Assembly (NCBI GenBank): GCA_965644495.1
Contig: CBFFSA010000001.1
Span: 3,658,001-3,722,000 of the forward strand
Length of the DNA stretch: 64,000 nucleotides
Direction of reading: 5' to 3'
From: Perkinsela sp. CCAP 1560/9
Lineage: Eukaryota > Protista > Euglenozoa: Kinetoplastea
Part shown: in pieces, positions 42,959 to 54,486 of the stretch
Layout: each line of letters starts with the position of its first letter
How positions within the stretch are numbered: position 1 is the first letter of the stretch
The notes under the pieces: model-generated
Told to the model about the DNA's origin: nothing
What the model saw: the letters and a program-made list of their open reading frames with translations, nothing else
Databases searched by the model: none
Program-made: the position numbers and the translations under genes

Positions 42959-44386
42959 ATGCTCCGCTACCAACGCATTTGGCGCAACACCCTGGAGCAC
43001 TACGCGGCCTGGGGCAATGCCATGATGAAATGTGTGGACGACCGTGTCAACCACGGGGAGGAAAACTTCCAACGTGCTCTCACCGTACGCGACCAACTTC
43101 AACAAGTCGCCTCTCGGTGGAACCCGGATGCTAAGATTTACCTCTGCGGGTCGGTCGTCACTCTTGGGGTGCTGGAACGCAACAGCGATTTTGACATGTG
43201 TTGTTTGCTCCAGGATATGGTCTCGGAGTTTAAAGTACAGAGTCGGATGTGTGAGAAGTTTTGGAAATCTTGTCGAGCGCATGTCCCGCATCACCTACGG
43301 GATCACTTACTCGGGCTCGCGGAGTGTCGTACCCCTGTGGTGACGTTGCACTGTGTGAATGAGGCGAAGTTAAAACATATGCAGTTCGGTGAGCTTACCC
43401 CGGAGGAGGAGATGGATAGCCGTACGGCGGTGCTGCGACTGAAGACGCGACAGTTTAGCGATGAAGAGCTCAAGGAATTGTTGAGCAAGATGCCAGGCAA
43501 GGTTTTGCGGCATAACGTGAGTACGTATAACCCAGATACCGGGTCGGGGACAGTTCTCGAGTTGGAGATGGACACTACGGTGCACGCCATGCAGGCACTG
43601 TCGGTGCTTCCCGACGGCAAGTTGCTGGCAAAGCACCAGCGGGAGGATTTGATACGGGATTTTAAGGACGTGAATCGTGTGCCGGAGCTTCTGCGGTTTA
43701 ACTGGGACTGCAGTTTTATGGGGCTGGGTATTTTGAACTCCTACTTGATACGAAAGTACCTGCTTGACGAGGCACCTGTATATGCGCGGTACTGTGCCAT
43801 GGCGATTAAGATTTGGAGCAAAGGAAATTATTTTGGTGTGGGTACCGGAGGCTACCTCACTACCTACGCCATCAGCATCATGTTTCTGTACTTTCTCCTT
43901 GTCACACACAACATGAAGTGGATTGACCCTGGGTCAATGCCTCATCCGGTGTATCTTCCCCGCTACCCAGACTATGTCCCATTTCTTCCTGAGGAGCGGC
44001 CGAACCCTGCGGAGGTGGGGTACATCGTTGCCGAATTCTTTCGATTTTATGCGAATTTCGACTGGTCGCGTGAGGTAGTGAGTTTAAACCGCCCACGACG
44101 CTCCACACGGGATGACCTGCAGTGGAATTTTACGATAAAGGAACGGGAAAATTTTCACTATCACATCTGTATCCAGGACCCCTATGAGGCCATCAACACA
44201 GGGGGGTTGAATTTGGGCCGCTGGTTACATGAGGAAAAGGTGGATATTGTGAAGAAGGAGTTTACGAGTGCGGCGCAGCAAATGTCCTCATTGACCCCGC
44301 AACAAGCAGATCAAATCTTTTTTGGTCAGAAACGACCCCCGATAGGGCAAAAGAATTGGGCGACCCATACCAAGCATCGAAGGTGA
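42959..44386 (+). CDS. RET2: RNA-editing 3' terminal uridylyltransferase 2 (editosome)
   Basis: 'EHYAAWG', 'CGSVVTLGVLERNSDFD', 'LLGLAECRTPVV', 'PHPVYLPRYPDY', 'REVVSLNR', 'IQDPYE..TGGLNL' follow trypanosomatid RET2 along its length. Confidence 0.93.
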   Translation: MLRYQRIWRNTLEHYAAWGNAMMKCVDDRVNHGEENFQRALTVRDQLQQVASRWNPDAKIYLCGSVVTLGVLERNSDFDMCCLLQDMVSEFKVQSRMCEKFWKSCRAHVPHHLRDHLLGLAECRTPVVTLHCVNEAKLKHMQFGELTPEEEMDSRTAVLRLKTRQFSDEELKELLSKMPGKVLRHNVSTYNPDTGSGTVLELEMDTTVHAMQALSVLPDGKLLAKHQREDLIRDFKDVNRVPELLRFNWDCSFMGLGILNSYLIRKYLLDEAPVYARYCAMAIKIWSKGNYFGVGTGGYLTTYAISIMFLYFLLVTHNMKWIDPGSMPHPVYLPRYPDYVPFLPEERPNPAEVGYIVAEFFRFYANFDWSREVVSLNRPRRSTRDDLQWNFTIKERENFHYHICIQDPYEAINTGGLNLGRWLHEEKVDIVKKEFTSAAQQMSSLTPQQADQIFFGQKRPPIGQKNWATHTKHRR

Positions 44387-44685
44387 TCACGTGCTCGACA
44401 TTGAGGTATTGCTTTCGATCTTTCTTGCGGGTTTCGTCCAACAATATTTTTGTGTCTCAGTTGAGACTCTTACATAACCTTATTGGGTTGTTGTGTGACT
44501 ATTGAAGTCTATTTAGGAGTGTTTTTCTATTATCGTGGTTCGTCACGGCTTGAAATTAATAATGCTCAAGTGGCACATTGTTAAGCATTTGTTTCTCTAT
44601 TTTTGGGAAGCAATTCTCAGTTACAGTTTTTTACATCTCTTTTTCTACTCTTTCCTTCGTTTCATTTCAATCCTATCTTTTCCTC

Positions 44686-45569
44686 ATGAAGTCCACTCGC
44701 ACCCATCGCCGACTTGTCAACAACTGGCACCGTCACGGGGGCCAGAAACATCAAAGCCTCGTTCCTCTCACTTACGAATACCGCAAACCCCACCTTTCGG
44801 GGCGCCCCGCCTACTTCACCCTTAAATCCTTCTACACCCTCGGGTGCTACCCTTCAGGACTCGACGCTCCCTACCGTCTCCCCGACTTTTACAAACACTA
44901 TCTTTCGAGTTATCTCCCCGAGCCCTATGAGGAGTGGCTCGCCTGCATGCAACCCAATCATGAGGAACGGATACGCCGCGCGTGTGCTAGTCTTCGCGAG
45001 GCAGAGCATAAGATGACCATTCCCGCTTCGTCAAAATGGCGGCCCATCCCGCTGATTACAGGGCTAGAAAAAGTGACACAACCGTTGGAGAGTTTGTTGG
45101 AATGTTTCGGGGATCGGATTCCCATTTCCGCGGGAATCGCACGACGGGTGTTACTTCACCACCGGGAGGAATTTTTTAACCTCACAAGGGTGTACGAGGA
45201 GGTAGTCACCACAATGGGAAGCACCCCTCACGCACGCTGGAAACTTTCCCACCCCACACAACGCGCGGAGCCCGCTCTGCCAGGTCGGCTTACCGAGGAA
45301 GAATCTCTCTTTTTATCCTCCTTAACCCCTTCCGAATTATCTTCTCCTTCCGATCCCCACTCATTGTCCACTCTCCCACCATCTCCTCTCTCCCCTTCCT
45401 CTCACCATCCCACGCATGATCCGTCATCCCCGGAATTTAACACCCCAACCTCTACACTCACCCCTACCCCTCCTTCACCCACCCCTCCTTCCCCCACCCC
45501 CTCTACCCCTACCCCTCCTTCCCCCACCCCTACGCCCTCTACAACAAATCAAACCCCTCACACACATTC
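44686..45569 (+). CDS. Putative mitochondrial (possibly mitoribosomal) protein, 3' end lost in the assembly gap
   Basis: ORF 'MKSTRTHRRLVNNWHRHGGQKHQ...' runs into a Pro/Thr-rich tract and then the N gap. Confidence 0.55.
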
Positions 45570-45769
45570 NNNNNNNNNNNNNNNNNNNNNNNNNNNNNNN
45601 NNNNNNNNNNNNNNNNNNNNNNNNNNNNNNNNNNNNNNNNNNNNNNNNNNNNNNNNNNNNNNNNNNNNNNNNNNNNNNNNNNNNNNNNNNNNNNNNNNNN
45701 NNNNNNNNNNNNNNNNNNNNNNNNNNNNNNNNNNNNNNNNNNNNNNNNNNNNNNNNNNNNNNNNNNNNN
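45570..45769. other. Assembly gap (200 N)
   Basis: Run of n characters. Confidence 1.
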
Positions 45770-45958
45770 CTTTGTCGGTAAGGGAACAGGATTGCTCTGA
45801 AATTTCGGCAAAATATCCCAACATTGTCGGTTTCGTGACTGTCGAAAGAGCCTCGCCCTACTCATCAGAGGTGGAACTCCTCCGCACGGGTAAACTAAAC
45901 CAACTGTACGAATATTATTCGCACTTTTTTATTACTATTAGTATTCGCAATACACTTA

Positions 45959-46712
45959 CAGGGGTATCAACTTCCATTTGGGGGGGTCTAAAAATTGTAA
46001 AACTTGGCCAATTTTGGAAAATAATAGCGCATTGGAGAGTTCTCGCAGAATTATATGTCTTTGGCATATTCGGAATGCTCAACTTGAAAGATCTAATTTA
46101 AAAGAAAAAAGTATTGTTTTTTTCACGTGAAAATGTGGCAATTTTTCATTTTTTACCCATTTTATGACCACAAAAACGAGTTTGCTTAAGGATTCCCCTG
46201 GTGTTTTGATCGCGCGTTCATATGTTTTACCATGGAAGATTAAAGTATAAGTAATGTAACGGAATGCTTCTTGTAGCAGACTTCGAGAAAACACAGACTT
46301 ATTCCCGGACTTACCTAAATTTTCGTGTCCACGAGGAAACTGTGAAACACTGAGTGGAAGGGTTCATGTTTTTAATGATAAACGTCAGAGAAAAGACAAA
46401 GTGAAATTTGAGTGGGTTAAAAAACTTTAAAAAACGTATAGAATTGACGTAGAGAAAAAGAGAGCACATTGCGGATGCTACATGGGCTTGAAAAAAATGA
46501 GTGTTAAAAAACCTGAGATTTTTTTGTCATTTCTTTAAGTGACAATTCGCATTTTTGGCCTATTCGGCATTCGTAGTTCTAATTTGATATGATAAAAGCT
46601 ACCAGTGCAAAGACATACAACTCTGCGAGCGCTCTCCAAAGCGCCATTATTTTCCAAAATTGAGAAGTTTTTATAAATTTTAGACCCCCCCAGATGGAAG
46701 TTGACACCCCCG
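45959..46712. mobile_element. Tc1/mariner-type MITE with ~110-bp imperfect TIRs
   Basis: caggggtatcaacttccatttggggggg... versus ...cccccccagatggaagttgacacccccg; TA flanks; inserted into a 'tattattcgca' repeat. Confidence 0.85.
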
Positions 46713-46786
46713 TATTATTCGCAAAAAGACCTATGATTCCCATTTTTTATTATTCGCATTTTTTGGCTTCGTATTTTTTATATATA

Positions 46787-48125
46787 AACCCCGCGTCATG
46801 AAAAGTGACCCCCCACTTTTTTTTCGTACAAGAGTCTGTTTGAGCTGATTTTTGTTGCATTTTGCAGATCTCAACACAAAGACTTTGCGCGAGAAGGAAT
46901 GAAACTAAAAGAAGCGAATACGTATATTTTATTGAGGAATTACCATTTTTTCACTTTTTCGCCTTTCAATCTTATACACTCCTTAAGGCGTGAGTCAAAG
47001 CTTAAGACCGTTTTGTCGATCACATTTTGAGACAAGCGAGACCACGCTTTGCGTACACATCGGATGAGTGAAGGCTTATCCGATGGGGTCTGTTCGTCCA
47101 CCGCCCCTTGGACCATAGACCAGACGTTTTCTATTGGGGAAAGATCTGGTGAGTTGGGGGGTCAATTTTTCAGAAGTTCACTCATTGCGCTTTCAATGTA
47201 CTCCTTCGAGGCACGAGCAGTGTGTGCCGTTGCCCCATCTTGCTGAAAAATACGATTAGGGGGGAAATCTACCTCTTTTAATGTTTCTATGTACGTCTCA
47301 CTTGTAATAGATGTGTCATTTTGTAGAATTACCAAGTACCTCCACCCCACCCCTACAGCACCCCAAACTTGGCATCTTGGTGCCCAACGTACTTTTTGAC
47401 GCGGGGCTGCTTTTTGACCGCGCCTTACCCACATTTTTCTTCTGCCATCATTCGTATCAAATATTTTTTCGTCTGTAAAGATGACACGGGAAGTATCCAT
47501 ATTGTAATTCAACGCAAATTGAACTCTTTTTACTTTTTGTCGTTCGGTAAGCCCTTGGCATAGCGGTCGAGCGGCATAACTGTAATCCAGGGATGATAAG
47601 TCTCTCTGTACAGTTCTTTTTGAAACTTGTATATTCTTTTTCTTCAATTGGGCTGCTATGCACCTTGATGAATTGAGTCTCGGTACTCCAGCGGGGTCAA
47701 GAGGGGTTATTATCTTCTCAAATTTCGTTTTACGAGATTTCATTATTTTTTTTCGCTCAGGACTCAAAGTGTATACTGGGGTAGTTTTTTTTCGTTCAAA
47801 TATTTTTTAACTATCCTTCTAGAAACGTTGAAATCACGGGCTAGCTCTTTTATTGGTACTCCTTGTTCGTGCCTCATCTTTAAAAGAACCTTTCCACTAG
47901 ACGTCAGCCCCCCTCTTGGGAGTCGATATGGTGATTTTGGCATTTTTGAAAAAAAAGTTGAGAAAAATAAATTTTTTTTTACTGAATTTTAAAGTTTTAA
48001 AATGAGCTAAAAACAGCGGGAACGTACAGATCTCAAAATTTTGAACGACAACGTGGTATGATAACCCCCCCACGACCCCCTGTGCTAAAAATAGGGGGGG
48101 GGTCACTTATTGGTGACGCGGGATT
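46787..48125. mobile_element. Tc1-like transposon inserted in a TA run
   Basis: Imperfect TIR aaccccgcgtcatgaaaagtgacccccc / ggggggtcacttattggtgacgcgggatt; (TA)n on both flanks. Confidence 0.85.
46940..47943 (-). pseudogene. Tc1/IS630 transposase (DD35E), one frameshift and one stop
   Basis: 'VIFTDEK', 'VWGAVG', 'FQQDGATAH', 'N*PPNSPDLSPIENVW'; frameshift in the A-run near 47790. Confidence 0.92.
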
Positions 48126-48265
48126 TATATATACATGTATATATTATTTTTTTTTAGCCGGAACGGGGATTGCTGGGCCCAGCTGCCACCTAGGCCTACC
48201 TCCCAACCAACAAACCCCAGTCAACAAACCTCCGTTTAACGGCCGAGCCGTCAAACACCGATTTA

Positions 48266-49187
48266 TTCACTGGTCGAGTGCCGCTCCGTATCTCCGCATA
48301 CTAGCATGGGGATACAGATCGAGCCTGCAGTCCGCACTGATCCAACGGACCCCGCAGATCCCACATCGGACGCTCTCCTGCAATGAGCGAACTACACAGA
48401 TCCGACAAACGGATCACACAGACCCCATAAACGGACCACACAGATCCAACAAACGGACCACACAGATCCAATCAACGACCACACAGGTCTAATCAACGGA
48501 CCACACAGATCCAATAAACGTATCACGCAGATCCAATCAACGGACCACCCAAATCCAACAACCAGCCGAACAGATCCAACAAACGGACCACACAGATCCA
48601 ACAAACGGACCGCACAGATCCAATAAACGGACCACATAGATCCAACAAACGGACCACATAGATCCAATCAACGGACCACACAGATCCAATAAAACGGACC
48701 ACACAGATCCAACAAACGGACCACATAGATCCAATCAACGGACCACACAGATCCAATAAACGGACCACACAGATCCAACAAACGGACCACACAGATCCAA
48801 TCAACGGACCACACAGATCCAACAACCAACCTCACAGATCCAATAAACGGACCACGCAGATCCAATCAACGGACCACATAGATCCAATCAACGAATCACG
48901 CAGATCCAATCAACGCACCACACAGATCCAACAACCGGATCGCACAGATCCAACAAACGGGCCACACAGAGCCAATTAACGTACCATAGATCCAATATTT
49001 CTCAGGTCGCAACATAAACATGAGCGACGCCAATCAGCCACATGTTGATGAACTACACTGTATGTCTGCCAATTCGAAGTAAAAATCCTTAACGCCTCTC
49101 CTCCCTCCTCCCCCGGCCTTAGCGAAGACCTTCCCCAGGCTTGCGACTGGGTAATGCGGAGTTACGGAGCGGCCCTCGACCAGTGAA
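48266..49187. mobile_element. TIR element carrying a minisatellite
   Basis: ~36-40-bp TIR ttcactggtcgagtgccgctccgta / tacggagcggccctcgaccagtgaa with TA flanks. Confidence 0.75.
48390..48995. repeat. 22-bp minisatellite (~27 copies of acggaccacacagatccaa[c/t][a/c]a)
   Basis: Head-to-tail repeats with no spacers. Confidence 0.95.
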
Positions 49188-49389
49188 TAAATTAACTTAA
49201 TGCGGTGTTCCCTACTGAAAAGAGTGGTTCCACAAAATTTATATTTTTGCAGAGCTTGCTGCAGCACAGCAAAGGTCGCTTGCTGCCGAAACTCAAATTC
49301 CTTTGTTTGTACCGCTTTCGAACGAGTTCCTGAATCGGCAACGTTTTCTTCAGAGAGAAGATTAGCAATAATAAGGAAATAAGTGTGCA

Positions 49390-50211
49390 CGCACACTTAT
49401 TATTCCGGAAAAATTAAGGTTGTGTACACAGTAAACCTTGAAGCGAACTTTTTTATATTTTTTTGCGACCTTTCAAGTGGAACCGTGGATTCGGATACGA
49501 CAAAAGAATAACGGGAGATACTGTTCCATTTTAGCTGTGCCTTGTCAACAGAGCTTTTAGTATTTTCCTCGTTCACAATAGCCTGGGTCATAGAGCACAT
49601 GGTCCTCAGACGGCGAGTTCGAACCCCGCTCATGGAACATAATTCCCGGCGGCCTCACTCCAGGAGGCTGGTTTGAGAATCGACTAGGCCCAGTACTCGG
49701 AGGACCGATCAGGACCCCTCTCAGGGAGCCAGCTACCTTACATGGCTTACACCTCTTGGGTTAGCCGTGTTGACGTACAATTCGTCGACGTAGCGTGTTG
49801 GTAACAGCACGTTGGTGCCGCCTTGTGCAAGCGGAAACTGGTAGAGGACGTCGGTCTCGGAACTTCCAAATCAGTCTGTGAAGGGTCTGGCTTGCCAGTG
49901 ACTGTCCAGAGCAGTCAGGGTCTTCGGAAGAGCCATCATTGAAGGATTCTTCATCGGGAGAATTCGAGTTGCTTTCTTCAATAATGCCAACGCCCCATTC
50001 ACGACGCTCCTGGCGAAGGTTCTTTGTTTCAAGGTAAACCAAATTTTCCTCGAATCCAGGAATTTTTTTCCATTGGCAGATATAAAGTTTTGTAAAAAAT
50101 CTCAAAGGTGAAATAATAATAAAAAACGGAATAATAAGTGTGTTTCCGGAATAATAAGTGTTTCCGGAATAATAATAAAAAACGGAATAATAAGTGTGCG
50201 GGGGGTTTACG
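49390..50211. mobile_element. Degenerate TIR element
   Basis: 18-bp inverted pair cgcacacttattattccg (49390-49407) and cggaataataagtgtgcg (50183-50200); tandem copies of the motif at 50127-50200. Confidence 0.4.
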
Positions 50212-50594
50212 TATGTTTACATGAGGGAAAAACAAGGCCAACCTTAAGAATGAGCCGAAAAAACCCAAGTAAACATGATATGAAAACATACTAAACGTTC
50301 TTAAAGATATCAAAACCTTAGCCAATATCAGTAACGTGATTTGGTTGGATACAACCTTTCAATACATCTATCTTGTAACTTCTGCGGATACGTCGTAATC
50401 GATTCGTCCTTTCGCGGTGACGTCGTATTTTTTCTTCCGGAGAGAAATATTTTGAATTTTGTTGATGAACAGACCGACAACCGACTAAAATGTTTGGGAA
50501 GATTTTGGTGAAAATCTAAAAAAAAATCCGTTAATTATTATTCCGTTAATTTTTATTCCAATCATTTTTATTCCCTTAATAAGTGCTTTGACGG

Positions 50595-50730
<136 letters not shown>

Positions 50731-51970
50731 GACATACAAGTGCAGCGCGGAATTTTTCCAAAGTTCCGGGGTGATAGAACCTGGAGAGGTTCACGAAAAA
50801 CACCAAAAATGATTCCTCGGTGATATTCCTCGGTGTATTAGCAACACCGTGCACCTCTAGTAATCGCTCAAGCCGAAAGAAGTACGTTGTTCTTTTTCAC
50901 CTGTTGGGGGCGCTGCTGCATATATGCGAGATACATGAAAATTGCGAGCCGTTGATGAAAATGACCCTGTTTTCTCGAAATTTTCAACCAGCAACATTAT
51001 AAAAAAGGGGGGGTTATGTGTTAGTTTTGTTTTACTTGAGGGTGAGAAACGGTTCTCCGAGAATTTCCCTCGAAGAACGTGAATGTAACCCGATTTTAGG
51101 GCATCAATGTCCAAAAAAGGGAAAAAACAGGCAAAAAAATGCGAATTTTACAACCCGAAAAAACTTAATTTTACTCTAAAATGCGTTGTGTGTAAAAGCA
51201 TGGGAAACGACATGTAAGTAGGCGATGTTGACCTGCTTTGTTTGCATTTGCGCCCTGTTTAGCAAGGAAAGGTGAGCAAGCCACATACAATTGTTTTGGC
51301 ATCGGAAGGGGTGGGGAAGGATTTCGGCGTGTATGTCTTGATACGACCTCATAATAGGTTGTGTGGGAGCAGGCACGAATTTCGCCGATAGGGAAATCTG
51401 CACGAGAATGCAATAGGAGATCTGTGTGACAAAACGTGAGCCGCAGTGACAACACTAGAGTTTCCCCCTGATCGAGGGCCTTGCATTGGTGTATTGTAGG
51501 TCAGCAAGAAGGAAACGAACAAAAGATAAAAATCGGGCTCCCATGGTCCGAACGGACCCTCCTGGAGCACCTTCGAAAACCATTTGAATTCTAAATCTGT
51601 TTTATTTTCGAAATAACTTTGTTTCTGTGAATCTCGACCCCTGGTATGTCCTCGTTTTCCCTGGAACCTCATGCCTTCCCCTAAACTCCCTCCGCCTGAA
51701 CGCTCGCCCCGAACCCCCTCCCTGAACTCCCCTTTACCACCCCCTAGAACCCCCTGGACCCCCCGAATTCTCCTTAGACTCTCAAGTCCTAAAATCCTTT
51801 TGCTGAATTTCGGATCCCCCTATTTTTTCCTTTCCTATTCTATTACTGGGGGTCTACGGTTTTTCGAAGCTAGGAATCAAAATTAGTGTTGAATTTTTAC
51901 GTGCTGAATTTTACGACGCGTTTTTGATATCGTTACAGATTTTTTTATTACATTTTGATATTATATCCGC

Positions 51971-52477
51971 ATGGCGCCGAAATCTGAAACTAAGAAAAAG
52001 GCGAAAACGAATCAGTCAAAGACTGAAATTAAACCTTTGAAAACCAAAGCGAAAGCCCGCGCACCCACCAAAGCCGTGTCTACCCCAGTAAGGCCAAAGG
52101 CAGGTCACGCGAAAAAGAGAAAGATCCGAACCGACGTTACCTTTCGCCGTCCCCGGACTCTGCGACCTGCGAAACAGACCAAAGTATCCCGAAGGACTGC
52201 AGTTGTGAAAAAGCGGCTGGACACCTATCGCACCATTCGGTATCCGCTTACCTCCGAAAAAGCAATGAAAAAGATTGAAGACGACAACACATTGGTTTTT
52301 ATTGTCGACATTCTTTCGAACAAACAACAAATTAAGGAAGCCGTTAAGCGAGCCTACAATATACGCGCCATCAAGGTGAACACGCTCATCCGTCCGGATG
52401 GGAAGAAGAAGGCAATGGTGAAACTCCACAAAGATGATGATGCGCTGGACCTAGCCAACAAGATCGGTATTGTGTAA
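51971..52477 (+). CDS. RPL23A: 60S ribosomal protein L23a (uL23)
   Basis: 'FRRPRTL', '[25 protein letters not shown]', '[14 protein letters not shown]', 'ALDLANKIG'. Confidence 0.97.
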   Translation: MAPKSETKKKAKTNQSKTEIKPLKTKAKARAPTKAVSTPVRPKAGHAKKRKIRTDVTFRRPRTLRPAKQTKVSRRTAVVKKRLDTYRTIRYPLTSEKAMKKIEDDNTLVFIVDILSNKQQIKEAVKRAYNIRAIKVNTLIRPDGKKKAMVKLHKDDDALDLANKIGIV

Positions 52478-52727
52478 TTTCCTGTGTCAGATTGCGCTCG
52501 AGATGGAGTGGAAGATATGGAAGTGAATCGGAAAAGCCAACCGGAAGAAAGTGGTAGGTAAAGAAAAAAAAACCTTTGTGTTGTTTATGTGACTGGTATA
52601 CTTCAACGGAAGAAGCTTTTACTAAACTAATGTTTATTTCAAAATATAGGATGCTCTGTACTTTCGTAGACCTGAAAACTTAGTCTCTAGGACAAACTTA
52701 ATACACGAACTTCATTTTCTTTTTCTG

Positions 52728-53132
52728 ATGTTTCAAACTGCTCTGTGCCGATCTTTAGGCGGGAGTAAAGGTATTGGAGCCGCAACGGCTCTACTTTTGG
52801 AGCGTCGCTCGGGTGTGTGTAAGACATGGATTGATCAAAAAGGGTTTGGATTCGTCACCGATTCTAGCACCAACCAGGACGTGTTTGTACACTTCCGAGA
52901 GCTTACGTGCCAGAAACCGCGCAAAATGATGCAAGTCGGGGAGGAAATCGAGTTCGACGTGGAGGAGCTGGAAGGACGCCAGCGCGGAGTTCGTGTTACT
53001 GCCCCCGGTGGGGGACCTCTCCAAGGAGGCGACTTGGATCCCAGCATGTCGCGTGGGCGAGGTGGAAGCCGCGGCGGTCGCGGGGGCCGAGGGGGGCGTG
53101 ACTACGCCTCCGATGATGGGTTTGATATCTAA
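52728..53132 (+). CDS. RBP16: Mitochondrial cold-shock/RGG RNA-binding protein, copy 1
   Basis: Presequence, cold-shock domain 'KGFGFVTD..DVFVHF', 'VTAPGG.PL', RGG tail. Confidence 0.85.
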   Translation: MFQTALCRSLGGSKGIGAATALLLERRSGVCKTWIDQKGFGFVTDSSTNQDVFVHFRELTCQKPRKMMQVGEEIEFDVEELEGRQRGVRVTAPGGGPLQGGDLDPSMSRGRGGSRGGRGGRGGRDYASDDGFDI

Positions 53133-53593
53133 AATGAGCCAAAATAATCTTTCGCATCAGTAACAGGTACATTCACGTTATTTTTATTCATGTCTACATC
53201 ACTATTTTGAAGTGTCTATTTAATTTGAGCTGGTAACCCGTTTTATAAAAATCCTTTTAAACGATTTCTCGTGGTGTCGAAAAGAAAATTGTCAACGTCC
53301 AATAGTCTACTATACGATTTTGTTTGCCTTTTTCGAATTGGTGATTGCTTTTATGGTCAGTGTTGTTATGGGATTTTGACACGCATTTTGGAAGAATATC
53401 GAAAGAAAGCTTAAGTTTTGGTGCTCAATTTTCCACGATGAACACGATGCACTTACTATTCCTTCCAGTTGTATACGATTTCTATATTTTTTTGCATTGT
53501 CTTCGATTGTCCAGACGTAATAAGGTTGTAAGGTAATGAACATCGAGAAAAAGACGAAATTTTACTTACAGCAACTCATATCACAATCATTTT

Positions 53594-53995
53594 ATGTACT
53601 CTACCGCTCTTCGCCTGGCTGGTTCGACGCGTGGCATTGGAGCCGCAACGGCTCTACTTCTGGAACGCCACTCGGGTGTGTGTAAGACATGGATTGATCA
53701 AAAGGGATTCGGATTCGTCACCGACTCTAGTACCAACCAGGACGTGTTTGTACACTTCCGAGAGCTTACGTGCCAGAAACCGCGCAAAATGATGCAAGTC
53801 GGGGAGGAAATCGAGTTCGACGTGGAGGAGTTGGAAGGACGCCAGCGCGGAGTTCGTGTCACTGCCCCCGGTGGAGGACCTCTGCAGGGAGGTGACTTGG
53901 ATCCCAGCATGTCGCGTGGGCGAGGTGGCAGCCGCGGCGGTCGAGGGGGTCGTGGAGGACGCGATTACGCCTCCGATGACGGCTTCGATATCTAG
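53594..53995 (+). CDS. RBP16: Mitochondrial cold-shock/RGG RNA-binding protein, copy 2
   Basis: Mature part nearly identical to copy 1; different N-terminal leader. Confidence 0.85.
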   Translation: MYSTALRLAGSTRGIGAATALLLERHSGVCKTWIDQKGFGFVTDSSTNQDVFVHFRELTCQKPRKMMQVGEEIEFDVEELEGRQRGVRVTAPGGGPLQGGDLDPSMSRGRGGSRGGRGGRGGRDYASDDGFDI

Positions 53996-54486
53996 ATCCA
54001 AAGCGCAATCACGTCGTGATATTATCCTAGATTTTTATTAGATGATTTTTTTTGCGAAGCGTCACTATAATATAAGATTGCATTGAAAGATAGCAGTTGA
54101 ATTACGGGCGTCCTTAAAAGGAATATTTTCGCTTGTTTTGCGCCTTTAGCAAGGTTTTCCGTCTGAGTTGCGTTCCGTGCGCGGGAGTGATGGCTCAACC
54201 CATTGCATTTTAACCACATGTAACTTTTCTTGGTAACAATTTCTATTAACCAAATTGCAAAGTTCTGATTATTTCGAATCGTTTTTCACAGGTGCAACAT
54301 TCTTGGTACTACACGTTGCACCATCTTCACATTTTATCGTAGATGGATAAACACACACCTTCCCTTTACAGCTTAACGCTCACGAAAAAAAAAACACACC
54401 TCTATCCAAATCCTCCTTTTTCCCTCCTTAACATCACCCCCCTCTCTTTCATCGCCTTTTTTCATCCCCCTTCCATCCTCCAACCC

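Noticed and set aside
44578-46101. 507-aa ORF spanning the N gap
   Set aside because: Continuity through Ns is artificial; the sequence after the gap is repeat and MITE DNA.
47162-47164. TGA at a conserved Trp of the Tc1 transposase, plus in-frame TGAs in the RT and Merlin remnants, suggesting stop-codon reassignment
   Set aside because: Host genes end normally at TGA, TAA and TAG (RET2 ends in TGA) and contain no internal TGAs. The other TGAs fit CGA-to-TGA decay in elements that are otherwise degenerate.
48390-48995. 22-bp repeat array (and the 19-bp array at 4001-5090) as a CRISPR array
   Set aside because: Units are head-to-tail with no unique spacers, there are no cas genes, and the context is eukaryotic.
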